Positions 37,776-48,028 are shown, numbered from the stretch's first letter. The stretch: DNA of 64,000 bases from Bacteroidales bacterium (GCA_012510445.1 JAAZIA010000005.1:205-64204); one strand, 5' to 3'. Notes: generated from the letters alone by a model not told the origin. Numbers and translations: made by a program.

Positions 37776-39104
37776 TTAGCTAAATAGTCTGGCAATATCA
37801 TTTCCAAATGCCAAAAACATCAAAGCCATAAGTAAAATCATTCCTGCAATCTGTGAATACTCCAAAAACTTATCCGATGGTTTTTTACCTGCAATCATTT
37901 CGTAAAGAACCAGCACAATATGACCTCCGTCCAGTGCAGGAATAGGCAACAAGTTTAATATAGCCAACATGACAGAAAGCCATGCTGTAATGTTCCAAAA
38001 GATTTCCCAGTCCCAGGATCCGGGGAAAATACTTCCAATAGCAATGAAGCTGCCTACCGATTTGTACGCTTTTGTTTTGGGAGTAAAAATCAGGCCCAAC
38101 TCTTTTAGGTAGTTTGCAGCTGTATTATACGCTTTTTCAATACCGGCCGGGAACGCACTTAAAAGTGAATAAGTTCTTATGGTAACGGGAATAAAGTCCA
38201 TGGGATTGGCAGCCCCTACCATAACCTTTCCCTCTTCATTTACAAGCAAATGCAATGTAAGGTTTTCCCCTTCTCTTTGTATTCCAACCTCTACTGCCTC
38301 CCCTTTGTTCTCTGCCAGTATTTTTTGTACATCCTGGATGGCAGGAGTGGAAAAACCATTTACAGATACAATCCGGTCTTGCGCATGCAGCCCCGAATTT
38401 ATATTGACAGACGTGTCGGGTACAGAAGCCACTACAAAAGGATACCGTAAGGTAAACAAGCCTTGTACATGCAACAAATCGCTTATGTAATTCTGATCAA
38501 AATGGAAACGTACTGTATCTGCTCCTCTAAGAACGGTAACTACAGCCGGTCTGGTTCTGATAAGGTCTACTTGCAACATATGAACAGGGTCATTAACCAC
38601 AGACCTTTGGTCAAAAGCCAATATTTTGTCTCCGTTCTTAAAACCTATTTCTTCTGCCAGGGGAGTGCACTCTATACCGTAAACGGCATCTTCTGTTCTG
38701 ATGTATTCTTCTCCCCAGCTGTACAGAATGAGTCCGTATAATAGTATGGCCAATATAATATTGAACAAAACCCCTCCTATCATAACAAAAAGCCGTTGCC
38801 AGGCAGGTTTGCTGCGAAACTCCCAAGGTTTTGGCTCTTCTTTCAACGACTCTTTATCCATAGATTCATCAATCATTCCGGCTATTTTACAATAGCCGCC
38901 AAACGGGAGCCAGCCAATACCGTATTCAGTATGAGAGTTTTTAGGCTTATACTTAATCAGACTAAACCATGGATCAAAAAACAAGTAAAATTTCTCAACC
39001 CTGATCCCAAACAAGCGGGCAAAAAGAAAATGGCCCAGTTCGTGAACTAGAATTAAAAAAGAAAGGGCCAAAATAACTTGTGCGATTTTTATTAGTACTT
39101 CCAT
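37776..39104 (-). CDS. rseP: RIP (site-2) zinc metalloprotease
   Basis: It has the HELGHFLFA (HExxH) motif, PDZ region(s) and a C-terminal LNLLPIPALDGGH. Confidence 0.9.
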   Translation of the reverse strand: MEVLIKIAQVILALSFLILVHELGHFLFARLFGIRVEKFYLFFDPWFSLIKYKPKNSHTEYGIGWLPFGGYCKIAGMIDESMDKESLKEEPKPWEFRSKPAWQRLFVMIGGVLFNIILAILLYGLILYSWGEEYIRTEDAVYGIECTPLAEEIGFKNGDKILAFDQRSVVNDPVHMLQVDLIRTRPAVVTVLRGADTVRFHFDQNYISDLLHVQGLFTLRYPFVVASVPDTSVNINSGLHAQDRIVSVNGFSTPAIQDVQKILAENKGEAVEVGIQREGENLTLHLLVNEEGKVMVGAANPMDFIPVTIRTYSLLSAFPAGIEKAYNTAANYLKELGLIFTPKTKAYKSVGSFIAIGSIFPGSWDWEIFWNITAWLSVMLAILNLLPIPALDGGHIVLVLYEMIAGKKPSDKFLEYSQIAGMILLMALMFLAFGNDIARLFS

Positions 39105-39108
39105 AGTA

Positions 39109-40272
39109 TCAAGAACTTAACAACAAATGTTGTGCCACCCTCTGGGCTTCGTTATGCGTATCTTTCAATTGAGTAAAGGTGGGATTGTCCATAAAGGTTA
39201 TTTTTCCTAAAGTTTGTGAAATTAATTTTGGGATGGCAATAAAACGTAATTTTTCTTCTAAAAAAGCTTCTACAGCTATTTCATTGACGGCATTTAGGGC
39301 GCAAGGAATATTTCCTCCTTTCCTTAGCGCTTCGTAAGCCATGGTAAGGCACGGAAATTTATCTAAAGGCGGATGAAAAAATTCCATGGAACGAAAATGA
39401 GAAATATCCATTCTTGGCGCTTGGGCAAAATCCATCCGGCGGGGATAAGATAAAGCGAACAAAATAGGCAACCTCATATCGGGACATCCCATCTGAGCTT
39501 TTATTACCCCATCAGAAAATTGTACCATGGAATGAATCAGCGACTGCGGATGTATCATTACCTCTATCTGCTCTGCCGGTTGGCCAAAAAGCCAGAAAGC
39601 CTCTATAACTTCCATTCCTTTATTCATAAGAGTAGCAGAATCAATCGTTACCTTTGCCCCCATATTCCATGTAGGATGAGCCAAAGCCTGTGCTTTTGTT
39701 ACCGTTTCCAACTCTTCCGGTGACAACGTAAAGAAGGGACCTCCGGAAGCGGTCAGTATCATTTTTTCAACTACGGCCTGTTCACCCAGAAGGCACTGAA
39801 AAATAGCAGAATGTTCGCTGTCAACCGGCAAAATGGACGTTCCTGTCAGGGAGGCTTCTGCCATGACCAAATGCCCCCCTGCTACCAAGCTTTCTTTGTT
39901 GGCTAGTGCCAATGTTTTTTTATTTTTGAGAGCCTCCAACGAAGGACCCAATCCTGCAAACCCTACCAGAGCATTCAATACCAGATCTACGGTGTCCCAT
40001 GACAGCACATGTTCTATAGAGTCTTTACCATACAGCACTTTCGTTTCTGTCCCCTTCAGCGCTTCTCTGACCTTATTCCATGCGTCTTTGTTGGTTAAGA
40101 CAACGGCTTCCGGTTTGAACTCCAAGGCTTGACGAATGAGCAGGTCGTATGATTTCCTGGCAGTCAAAACTTGTGCCGAAAAATAAGACGGGTGTCTGCG
40201 GATGATATCCAAAGCCTGAATCCCTATGGAGCCGGTAGACCCTAAAATAGCAACACGTTTCTGGAAAATCAT
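39109..40272 (-). CDS. dxr: 1-deoxy-D-xylulose-5-phosphate reductoisomerase
   Basis: It has an N-terminal ILGSTGSIGIQALD NADPH-binding motif, LANKESLV, and the expected length. Confidence 0.95.
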   Translation of the reverse strand: MIFQKRVAILGSTGSIGIQALDIIRRHPSYFSAQVLTARKSYDLLIRQALEFKPEAVVLTNKDAWNKVREALKGTETKVLYGKDSIEHVLSWDTVDLVLNALVGFAGLGPSLEALKNKKTLALANKESLVAGGHLVMAEASLTGTSILPVDSEHSAIFQCLLGEQAVVEKMILTASGGPFFTLSPEELETVTKAQALAHPTWNMGAKVTIDSATLMNKGMEVIEAFWLFGQPAEQIEVMIHPQSLIHSMVQFSDGVIKAQMGCPDMRLPILFALSYPRRMDFAQAPRMDISHFRSMEFFHPPLDKFPCLTMAYEALRKGGNIPCALNAVNEIAVEAFLEEKLRFIAIPKLISQTLGKITFMDNPTFTQLKDTHNEAQRVAQHLLLSS

Positions 40273-40273
40273 A

Positions 40274-41155
40274 TTAGAAATTAATGTAATCGGCCGGATT
40301 CAACGGAACTCCTTTGTGCCAAAGTTCAAAATGCAGGTGAAACCCTGTGGAATACGTTCCATGGCTTCCAATAACTGCTACCACAGATCCTGCAGTAACA
40401 GAGTCTCCCACTTTTCTGAACAATTGTGAACAATGTTTATATATAGACAGCAAGTTGTTTTCGTGCTGTATTTGTAAAATGTAGCCAAACTCATCGGTCC
40501 AGGAGGCAAAGTTTACCGTACCATCCAAGACAGCATAGATTACAGAGTTTTCCGGAGCTGCAATATCTACTGCATAGTGATTCTTTGCCGGGTTAAACCC
40601 CGAAGTCACCAGGCCTTTCACTGGTGGGAAAAAATGTAACCCTTCTATTTGAAGAGTTCCTCCTCTTATTCTGCTTTGGCTTTCCTGCTCTCTCTGTTCT
40701 GCGGCAATTCTAAGCAGTGAATCTTCCTGAGATCTGCCCCCAACATTTATTTCCGGAATATCTATAGCTCCGCTTTTTGGCAAGACTTCACCGGGCGCTA
40801 ATGGATCTTTGTCTGCTAAAACCCTTTGCAGGTTTGTTAAATGGATTTCCCATAAGTGAATCACTTTTTCTAATGAATCGGCACGAAGTGCATTCTTCAT
40901 CATGATTTCACGTGTTTGCGCATTGGGATATCCCGGAATCACTTCTTTCAACGGTGTATAAATAACAATCAAGATTACAGAGGCAATCAGTACGGTCAAG
41001 AACCCTACAAGGCCCAAAAGAAGCTGAAGAACAGAAAGTTTCACTTTAAAAATTGGTTTGTGAGACTCTTTGTCAAAAACCTCTAAAAGGTACCTCTCTC
41101 TAAGCGTTCTCTTCCTTGAATTCTTCAATGTCATACCCCTGTTTTGTTCCAACAA
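40274..41155 (-). CDS. M23 family metallopeptidase (membrane anchored)
   Basis: It has an N-terminal TM helix and C-terminal M23 motifs (HYAVDIAAP, GFHLHFELW). Confidence 0.85.
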   Translation of the reverse strand: MLEQNRGMTLKNSRKRTLRERYLLEVFDKESHKPIFKVKLSVLQLLLGLVGFLTVLIASVILIVIYTPLKEVIPGYPNAQTREIMMKNALRADSLEKVIHLWEIHLTNLQRVLADKDPLAPGEVLPKSGAIDIPEINVGGRSQEDSLLRIAAEQREQESQSRIRGGTLQIEGLHFFPPVKGLVTSGFNPAKNHYAVDIAAPENSVIYAVLDGTVNFASWTDEFGYILQIQHENNLLSIYKHCSQLFRKVGDSVTAGSVVAVIGSHGTYSTGFHLHFELWHKGVPLNPADYINF

Positions 41156-41194
41156 ATGTACGAATCATTTTCCAATTTGTGTTACCTTTGCAGC

Positions 41195-41611
41195 ATGGGC
41201 AGGATCTTGGGAATTGACTATGGACAGAAACGAGTAGGTATTGCAGTAAGTGATCCTTTGAACATTTTTGCCATTCCGTTACAAACGATAACGGTAGATA
41301 AAGTAACCGCTTTTCTTAAAGAGTACATAAAAGAGCAGCCCATAAAACTGTTTGTAGTAGGCTATCCCAAGCACCTGAACAATACACCGGCACAAAATGC
41401 TCCGCGCGTAATGGCTTTTGTTACGCATCTTAAAAGAACCTTCCCGGATATCCCTGTTGTTTTAAGAGATGAACGTTTTACCTCAAAAATGGCACTGCGA
41501 GCCATGATTGACGGAGGCATGAAAAAAAAAGACAGAAGAAACAAAGCCAATGTGGATAAAATAAGCGCCGTAATTATTTTACAAGAATTCCTTCAAAGCA
41601 AAACGTCATGA
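41195..41611 (+). CDS. ruvX: Holliday junction resolvase-like RuvX/YqgF
   Basis: The ATG at 41195 gives MGRILGIDYGQKRVGIAVSD, a canonical YqgF N-terminus. Confidence 0.9.
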   Translation: MGRILGIDYGQKRVGIAVSDPLNIFAIPLQTITVDKVTAFLKEYIKEQPIKLFVVGYPKHLNNTPAQNAPRVMAFVTHLKRTFPDIPVVLRDERFTSKMALRAMIDGGMKKKDRRNKANVDKISAVIILQEFLQSKTS

Positions 41612-42162
41612 TATTACCTATATACATTTATGGTTCTTCGGTTCTCAGACAAAAAGCACAAGAGATCACCCCCGATTATCCCGAGCTGGACCAATTGATG
41701 ACCGATATGTGGGAAACGCTTTATTATGCAGACGGTGTTGGATTGGCAGCTCCGCAAGTGGGTTTATCCATACGGTTGTTTATGGTAGACGGTCACGAGC
41801 TGTCAGAAGACCGCCCGGAGCTGAAAGACTTTAAAAGAGTAATTATCAACCCCAGGTTGTTGGAAACAAGTGAGGAAACCGTCGTATATCAAGAAGGCTG
41901 CTTGAGTGTTCCCAAGCTTTTTGCAGACATTGAACGCCCCGTAAGTGTAAAATTGGCCTATGTGAATGAACGTTTTGAATCTATAGAAGAATGGTTTCAC
42001 GGTATGGCAGCCCGTATGGTCCAGCATGAATACTCACACCTGGAAGGCGAACTTTTTACAGATCTGGCTACTCCCATTCGTAAGAAAATACTGCAAAGTA
42101 AGTTGCAAGCCATAGCCAAAGGACAAGTGAAAACTTTTTATAAAACCAAGATAGTAAGATAG
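41608..42162 (+). CDS. def: Peptide deformylase
   Basis: It has the GVGLAAPQ, EGCLSVP and HEYSHLEG motifs. It overlaps ruvX by 4 nt. Confidence 0.95.
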   Translation: MILPIYIYGSSVLRQKAQEITPDYPELDQLMTDMWETLYYADGVGLAAPQVGLSIRLFMVDGHELSEDRPELKDFKRVIINPRLLETSEETVVYQEGCLSVPKLFADIERPVSVKLAYVNERFESIEEWFHGMAARMVQHEYSHLEGELFTDLATPIRKKILQSKLQAIAKGQVKTFYKTKIVR

Positions 42163-42164
42163 TT

Positions 42165-43496
42165 ATGAGTGTTTTTCACGCTTACGATATCCGAGGAGTC
42201 TATGGAAAAGATTTGTATCCGGAACGCGTATATAAGATGGGGTTCTTTCTCCCTGTTATACTAAATACAAAACAAATAGCAGTTGGCCGTGATTGCCGTG
42301 TATCTTCTCCTGCTATGTACAAGTCACTGGTACAAGGTATATGTGATGCAGGGGCTTCGGTAGTAGATTTGGGAGAGACCACTACCCCTATGGTTTATTA
42401 TGCAACTGCAAAGCATGGTTTTGAAGGTTCGGTACAAATTACCGCTTCGCACAACAACGCAGAATATAACGGACTTAAAGTATCTCGTGCACAGGGTATG
42501 CCCGTAGGCTATGACAACGGCCTTAACCGCCTGGAAGAACTAGTAACCAACCATACCCCTGTTCCTGAAAAAAGACGCGGATCGGTCACGTTTCTTGATC
42601 TTAAAGAAGAATATGTTTCGTTTCTCTCAAAATGGATCCCAAATTCGTTACCGCTGAAAGTAGGTGTAGATTGTTCCAACGGAATGGCAGGCATGTTTGT
42701 AAAAAAGCTTTTGGGAACGAATCGTGTTTTTTACATCAATGAAAAACCGGACGGACGTTTTCCAAACCATCCGCCCAACCCTTTGGTCCCGGAAAACATC
42801 AAACAATTGCAAGCTCTTGTCACAGAGAAAAATTGCGACATAGGAATCATTTTTGACGGAGACGCAGACCGGGTAATGTTTACCGATGAACAAGGAACCT
42901 TTGTGTCTCCCGATTTGATAATAGCCCTTCTGGGACATTACTTTTTGGACGGAAGCCCCGCCAAAGTCCTACAGGACATCCGTTCCTCCAAGGCCATTGG
43001 CGAATACTTATTGCCCATGGGAGCAAAAATGCATACATGGCGTGTAGGGAGGGCTTTTGCTACTCCAAAACTCAAAGAAATTGACGGTCTATACGGAGGA
43101 GAACTGGCCGGACATTACTATTTTAAAGATTTCTTCTATTCAGACAGTGGCTTACTAGCCGCCCTGTTAGTTCTACAAGTTCTATCCTCATTGAATAAAC
43201 CTTTTTCCGAAGTCATCCGAAAGATAAAAAAATACGAAAGTTCCGGAGAAATCAATTTTCGTGTTGACCGCAAACAAGAAGCGATGGATGCACTTAAAGC
43301 ACATTTTTCCTCACAAGAGGCACCTGTTGCCACCTACGATTTTGATGGTTATCGTGTTGAGTTCTCTCAATGGTGGTTTAATGTAAGACCCTCCAATACC
43401 GAGCCTTACCTGCGGTTTATTGCAGAAGCCCGCGGACAAGATCTGTTACAGGAAAAATTGCAGGAAATGAGAATAATTATTGATCCTTTTTTGTAG
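42165..43496 (+). CDS. Phosphomannomutase/phosphoglucomutase
   Basis: It has the active-site TASHNNAEYNG and the Mg-binding FDGDADR motif. Confidence 0.85.
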   Translation: MSVFHAYDIRGVYGKDLYPERVYKMGFFLPVILNTKQIAVGRDCRVSSPAMYKSLVQGICDAGASVVDLGETTTPMVYYATAKHGFEGSVQITASHNNAEYNGLKVSRAQGMPVGYDNGLNRLEELVTNHTPVPEKRRGSVTFLDLKEEYVSFLSKWIPNSLPLKVGVDCSNGMAGMFVKKLLGTNRVFYINEKPDGRFPNHPPNPLVPENIKQLQALVTEKNCDIGIIFDGDADRVMFTDEQGTFVSPDLIIALLGHYFLDGSPAKVLQDIRSSKAIGEYLLPMGAKMHTWRVGRAFATPKLKEIDGLYGGELAGHYYFKDFFYSDSGLLAALLVLQVLSSLNKPFSEVIRKIKKYESSGEINFRVDRKQEAMDALKAHFSSQEAPVATYDFDGYRVEFSQWWFNVRPSNTEPYLRFIAEARGQDLLQEKLQEMRIIIDPFL

Positions 43497-43501
43497 AGCC
43501 C

Positions 43502-44860
43502 ATGAAACGTTTTATTACACTCGACACGTTGCGCGGACTTTCCATTTTTGGAATGATCTTTTCCGGCATAATCCCTTACGGTACTTTACCTGCCTGGATG
43601 TACCACATTCAAAGTCCTCCACCCGATCATATGATGGACCCCACCCGCTTTGGTCTGGGTTGGGTTGATCTTGTTTTCCCCATATTTATTTTCTGTATGG
43701 GGGTTGCCATTCCTTTTTCTTTCCGTGCCCGATGGGAAAGACACGGCCAAGATAGAGTAAAGGAAATGAAAGAAATAGCTGAGCGTTTTCTTATGCTCTT
43801 GGTTTTTTCTTTTCTATGTGTGCTGCTAAGGCCTCCTTATGGCATAGGATACGGTGCGTATTTTTTATCGTTGGCCGGATTTGCCTCTTTATGGTTTATT
43901 TATGCTAAAAATAGTACCCCTATAAAACGAACGATAGGGTTCCTTGCTGCCACTGCCCTCATATGTGTTTATCACTTTGTCTTTAAGGCTCCCGTTTCGT
44001 TTTTTAAAAGAGATATTATTATTTTACTTTTGGCCTTTCTCTATTTGTTTGGATCTCTTATCTGGTATGTCACTCGCGATTCAGCTAAATGGAGGTTGAT
44101 TGCATTTTTGGGAGTAGTTGCCATCAGCCTGGCTTCTAAAGCAACAGGGTTCGACGGTTGGGTCTATAACAACAAGTACATTTCTTGGCTTTTGAACATG
44201 GAACAGATTAATTTTCTAATGATCCTGGTGCCTGCTACTTGGGTAGGGGATCGGTTGATTGTTTTACAAAAGGAAGACAATTTAGGAATACAACACAAAG
44301 GATGGTTAACCCATCTTGTGTTTTGGGGTTTGGCAGCTGTTGTTGTATGGGTTTGCGTTAGTAGCTACAACAGGTGGTTATTGGCCGGAAAATTAGTTTC
44401 ACTGGTAACTCTGGCAGGGCTTATTTTCCTTATGTCAAAAAGAGCTCCTCGTTTCTTACCGTTTTTATTCCTTGCCGGACTGCTTATCCTTTCCGGTCTG
44501 TGGATGGAACAGTTTGAGCCGGGTCTTACTAAAGTTCCTTGTTCTTTTTCTTATTGCTTTGTGAGTGGGGGCGTTGCCATCTTATTGTTGTTATGGCTTC
44601 ATTATCTATCAGAAACTTTTCCGCAGCGGTTTTTTTGGAATGTATTCTCGGGAGCTGGTGCCAATCCGTTGATAAGTTATGTGGCGCATGGACTTTTTAT
44701 TGCACCCCTCATGGGCATTACGTATATCAATACTTTGTATCGGTGGGCAAGACCGGTCTCTTATCCCTGGATAGGCACTTTAAGCTCTTTCCTGGTAGTA
44801 CTTTTTACTATGTGGCTAGTTTCTGTGCTTACTCGTAAAAGAATATACTGGCGTGCCTGA
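43502..44860 (+). CDS. DUF5009/HGSNAT-like integral membrane acyltransferase family protein
   Basis: It is polytopic and starts RFITLDTLRGLSIFGMI, which is typical of the DUF1624/DUF5009 family. Confidence 0.6.
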   Translation: MKRFITLDTLRGLSIFGMIFSGIIPYGTLPAWMYHIQSPPPDHMMDPTRFGLGWVDLVFPIFIFCMGVAIPFSFRARWERHGQDRVKEMKEIAERFLMLLVFSFLCVLLRPPYGIGYGAYFLSLAGFASLWFIYAKNSTPIKRTIGFLAATALICVYHFVFKAPVSFFKRDIIILLLAFLYLFGSLIWYVTRDSAKWRLIAFLGVVAISLASKATGFDGWVYNNKYISWLLNMEQINFLMILVPATWVGDRLIVLQKEDNLGIQHKGWLTHLVFWGLAAVVVWVCVSSYNRWLLAGKLVSLVTLAGLIFLMSKRAPRFLPFLFLAGLLILSGLWMEQFEPGLTKVPCSFSYCFVSGGVAILLLLWLHYLSETFPQRFFWNVFSGAGANPLISYVAHGLFIAPLMGITYINTLYRWARPVSYPWIGTLSSFLVVLFTMWLVSVLTRKRIYWRA

Positions 44861-46208
44861 TCAAACTAAAACCCTGGCCCTGGATAAAGGAAACATACCC
44901 GGTCTGCTTTTTCGTTATGCATTGCCGGCTATTATTTCCATGACGGCTGCCAGCATTTATAACATTGCCGATGTGATGTTCATTGGAAGAGGAGTGAATG
45001 CTTTGGCCATCGCAGGCCTTTCGCTTACCCTTCCGCTCATGAACATCTCGGCAGCTTTTGGTTCTATGGTTGGGGTGGGTGCTTCTACACTTGTATCTGT
45101 AAAACTGGGACAAAAAGACCATAAAACAGCGGAACGTGCGTTAGGCAATGCCGTAACCATGAATACCATTATTGGAGTAGTTTATTCTATCATTGCCCTT
45201 ATTTTTTTGGAACCCCTGCTTTATTTTTTTGGAGCCAGCGCACAGACGTTACCCTATGCCAAAGAATACATGCAGATTATCCTGGCCGGTAATGTGATTA
45301 CACACGTGTACCACGGGCTCAACGATAACCTGAGGGCGAGCGGGTATCCCAAGAAAGCCATGCTGGCCACTCTTACGGCTGTTGTCACCAACTTAATCCT
45401 GGATCCGCTTTTCATTTTTGGTTTTAAATGGGGCATCCGGGGAGCTGCCATTGCTACTGTCTTGGCACAAGCGGTTGCTCTAAGCATCTTGTTACACCAC
45501 TATACAAGAAAAACCTCATTGCTACATTTTAAAAGAGAGATCTTTGCCATACAAAAAGGTATGCCCAGAAACATCCTGTCGGTAGGTCTTGCTCCTTTTT
45601 TGATGAACATTGTCAACAGCTTGGTTATTATCATTATCAACCGTTCCTTTTTAAAGTTTGGCGGGGACTATGCTGTGGGAGCTTATGGAATAGCCAACCG
45701 AATGGTATTTCTTTTTATTATGATCATGTTTGGTTTCAACCAAGGAATGCAGCCTTTGGTTGGGTTTAACTACGGCGCAAAACAATATACACGCGTTAAA
45801 GAAATTTACAAGCTCACACTGTTATGTGCCTCTTGCATAAGTATTCTGGCGTTTGTTATTGCACAGTTTTTCCCTCATGCAGCCGTACGCCTGTTTACAA
45901 ACGATCCAACCCTCATCCGTCTAACTGTAGAAGGTCTGCGTATAGATCTTGCCGTATTTCCGCTGGTTGCATTACCAGTAGTTACTTCTAACTTTTTCCA
46001 GGCCATTCGGAAAGCAAAAAAAGCCATTTTTCTTTCCCTTACACGCCAAGTTATATTTCTTATTCCGGCCCTCCTTGTACTTCCGCATTATTTTGGCGTT
46101 ATTGGTGTTTGGGCAAGTATACCTGTTTCAGATGCAGCTTCTTTTACTGTTGCTGCCGTACTCATTGTTAAACAAATGAAAGAATTTAAGAAATATGATG
46201 AAACCTAA
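44853..46208 (+). CDS. MATE family efflux transporter
   Basis: It shows a 12-TM pattern, an N-terminal LFRYALPAIISM motif, and is 451 aa. Confidence 0.85.
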   Translation: MPDQTKTLALDKGNIPGLLFRYALPAIISMTAASIYNIADVMFIGRGVNALAIAGLSLTLPLMNISAAFGSMVGVGASTLVSVKLGQKDHKTAERALGNAVTMNTIIGVVYSIIALIFLEPLLYFFGASAQTLPYAKEYMQIILAGNVITHVYHGLNDNLRASGYPKKAMLATLTAVVTNLILDPLFIFGFKWGIRGAAIATVLAQAVALSILLHHYTRKTSLLHFKREIFAIQKGMPRNILSVGLAPFLMNIVNSLVIIIINRSFLKFGGDYAVGAYGIANRMVFLFIMIMFGFNQGMQPLVGFNYGAKQYTRVKEIYKLTLLCASCISILAFVIAQFFPHAAVRLFTNDPTLIRLTVEGLRIDLAVFPLVALPVVTSNFFQAIRKAKKAIFLSLTRQVIFLIPALLVLPHYFGVIGVWASIPVSDAASFTVAAVLIVKQMKEFKKYDET

Positions 46209-46824
46209 GGCTAACATTACCGTCACCCTGGGTCGTCAGTTGGGCAGTGGCGGCTATACGGTGGGCAAAATGATTGCTTCTGCCCTGGGTCTTTCTTTCT
46301 TTGATAAGGAGTTGCTGTATTATGCAGCCAAAGAAAGCGGCTTGTGTGAAGAGGTTTTTGAAAATGCAGATGAAAAAACCTCTACAGGTTTATCTCGAAT
46401 ACTTAGCGCACAAAACATATTTGGACTTGCTTTTTTTGATCCCATGAACACTCCTCTTTCCAGAGACAGAATATTTAGCGTACAATCGGAAGTGATCCGT
46501 AAACTGGCCGGGGAGCAATCCTGTCTTTTCATTGGCCGCTGTGCAGATTATATCCTACGAGACAATCCAAATATGAGAAGCCTTTTCATACACGCTCCTC
46601 TGTCTGTACGTATTGATAACGTTTCTAAACGTCAAGGCATCTCGCTCCAAGAGGCGGAGCAATTCATTGCCCGCGAAGAAAAAAAACGAGCTTCTTATTA
46701 CCATTACTTTACAAACAAAGAGTGGGGTAAAGCAGACTCTTATCATTTTTCGCTGGATTCCGGTCTGCTGGGTCTGGAAGGTTGCGCCAACGCCGCTGTT
46801 GAGCTCCTTAAGAAAACCTATTAA
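46195..46824 (+). CDS. Cytidylate kinase-like family protein
   Basis: It has a degenerate P-loop in ITVTLGRQLGSGGYTVGKMIA and is about 210 aa. Confidence 0.65.
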   Translation: MMKPKANITVTLGRQLGSGGYTVGKMIASALGLSFFDKELLYYAAKESGLCEEVFENADEKTSTGLSRILSAQNIFGLAFFDPMNTPLSRDRIFSVQSEVIRKLAGEQSCLFIGRCADYILRDNPNMRSLFIHAPLSVRIDNVSKRQGISLQEAEQFIAREEKKRASYYHYFTNKEWGKADSYHFSLDSGLLGLEGCANAAVELLKKTY

Positions 46825-46828
46825 AGCG

Positions 46829-47353
46829 CTACAATCCTTCCGGGAGGGATAAACGCAAAGAGGCGTTACGGTGATCTGTCTTTTTTACAAAAGTGGAATG
46901 AAAAGGCAATAAGGAACGGGTTCCGTCTTCAAATTCCAATTCCAGGCAAGGATTCATGGGGTAATCGAAAAATTGGGAAACCGTACCTTTCAGGAGATCC
47001 CCCTTTGCTGTCTTTGCCTGAAAGGAATACCCAATCAGCCGGGTGCCGTCCTCCCCTTCTCCTTCCTCTTCCTCTTTGATCATAAGGGTTTCACCAACCC
47101 ATTCTTGGGCCAGTTGTTGTGAGCTGTAATTCTCAAAGCAAACAACGGCTTTGTCGTTTCCAACTGGCTGTAAAGACGTGATAAAAAAAGGAACCGGTAT
47201 TCCATCTATACAAATGAATACCGGTTCGCTTTCTTTTCGTTGCTCAAGAAGAGTCCTAGAAACTCCGGGATGGAACTTAAGGAACAGTTCTCCTTCCCTT
47301 CCGAAGGTTTTTCTGACGGTTGCCAGTGTTAAAAACCTTTCTTTTTTCCCCAT
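46829..47353 (-). CDS. rimM: Ribosome maturation factor RimM
   Basis: It lies immediately downstream of rpsP. The N-terminal VRKTFGREGEL pattern and a PRC-barrel-like C-terminus are present. Confidence 0.8.
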   Translation of the reverse strand: MGKKERFLTLATVRKTFGREGELFLKFHPGVSRTLLEQRKESEPVFICIDGIPVPFFITSLQPVGNDKAVVCFENYSSQQLAQEWVGETLMIKEEEEGEGEDGTRLIGYSFQAKTAKGDLLKGTVSQFFDYPMNPCLELEFEDGTRSLLPFHSTFVKKTDHRNASLRLSLPEGL

Positions 47354-47358
47354 TCTAA

Positions 47359-47934
47359 TTATTCAGCGGCAGGGGCTGATTCTGTATCCGGAGCAGCCGT
47401 ACCTTCTATTTCAGCTATGGTTTCTTCTGCTTTGGCTGCGGCTTCTGCTGCTGCAGCTGCCAGACGGGCTGCCGCCTCTTCACGTTTGGCCAACAAAGCA
47501 GCAGCACGCTCTTTGTTAATCAGGGCCTCTGCTTCCAATCGTTTCTTTGTTTCTTCCCCGGACTCTTGTGCAAGCCTATTTTTCTTTGCCTGTATTTTGG
47601 CTTCTTTCTCTTGCATCCATGCTTCCCATTTTGCATCTGCCTGCTCTTGGGTGAGTGCATTCTTAGTTACTCCTTCTTGCAGGTGTTTTTTTAAAAGTAC
47701 TCCTTTATAGGAAAGAAGCCTGCGTGCAGTAACCGTAGGTTGAGCACCCACGTTCAGCCAATACAAAGCTCTGTCGGCATCTAGTCTAACTTCTGCCGGA
47801 TCTGTGTTAGGGTTATAGGTACCCAAGGTTTCAATCAGCCGACCGTCACGGGGAGCCCGTGAATCTGCTACAATAATATGAAAATAAGCGTAATTTTTTT
47901 TGCCATGGCGGGCAAGGCGAATTTTTACTGCCAT
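47359..47934 (-). CDS. rpsP: 30S ribosomal protein S16 with long Ala/Glu/Lys-rich C-terminal extension
   Basis: It starts MAVKIRLARHGKKNYAYFHIIVADSRAPRDGR. At 191 aa it exceeds the roughly 85-aa S16 core. Confidence 0.95.
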   Translation of the reverse strand: MAVKIRLARHGKKNYAYFHIIVADSRAPRDGRLIETLGTYNPNTDPAEVRLDADRALYWLNVGAQPTVTARRLLSYKGVLLKKHLQEGVTKNALTQEQADAKWEAWMQEKEAKIQAKKNRLAQESGEETKKRLEAEALINKERAAALLAKREEAAARLAAAAAEAAAKAEETIAEIEGTAAPDTESAPAAE

Positions 47935-47993
47935 ACTCTTTTTTTAAGTTACTAAATCTTGTTAACTTCCTTATCTTCCCGAGAAAAGGTGGG

Positions 47994-48024
47994 CAAAGAT
48001 ATACGTTTTTACGCTTACTACAAA
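47994..48024 (-). promoter_or_regulatory. Bacteroidota-type promoter (-33 TTTG / -7 TATCTTTG) for rpsP-rimM
   Basis: In minus-strand sense the sequence is TTTG-N19-TATCTTTG, about 60 nt upstream of the rpsP ATG. Confidence 0.55.
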
Positions 48025-48028
48025 ATTT

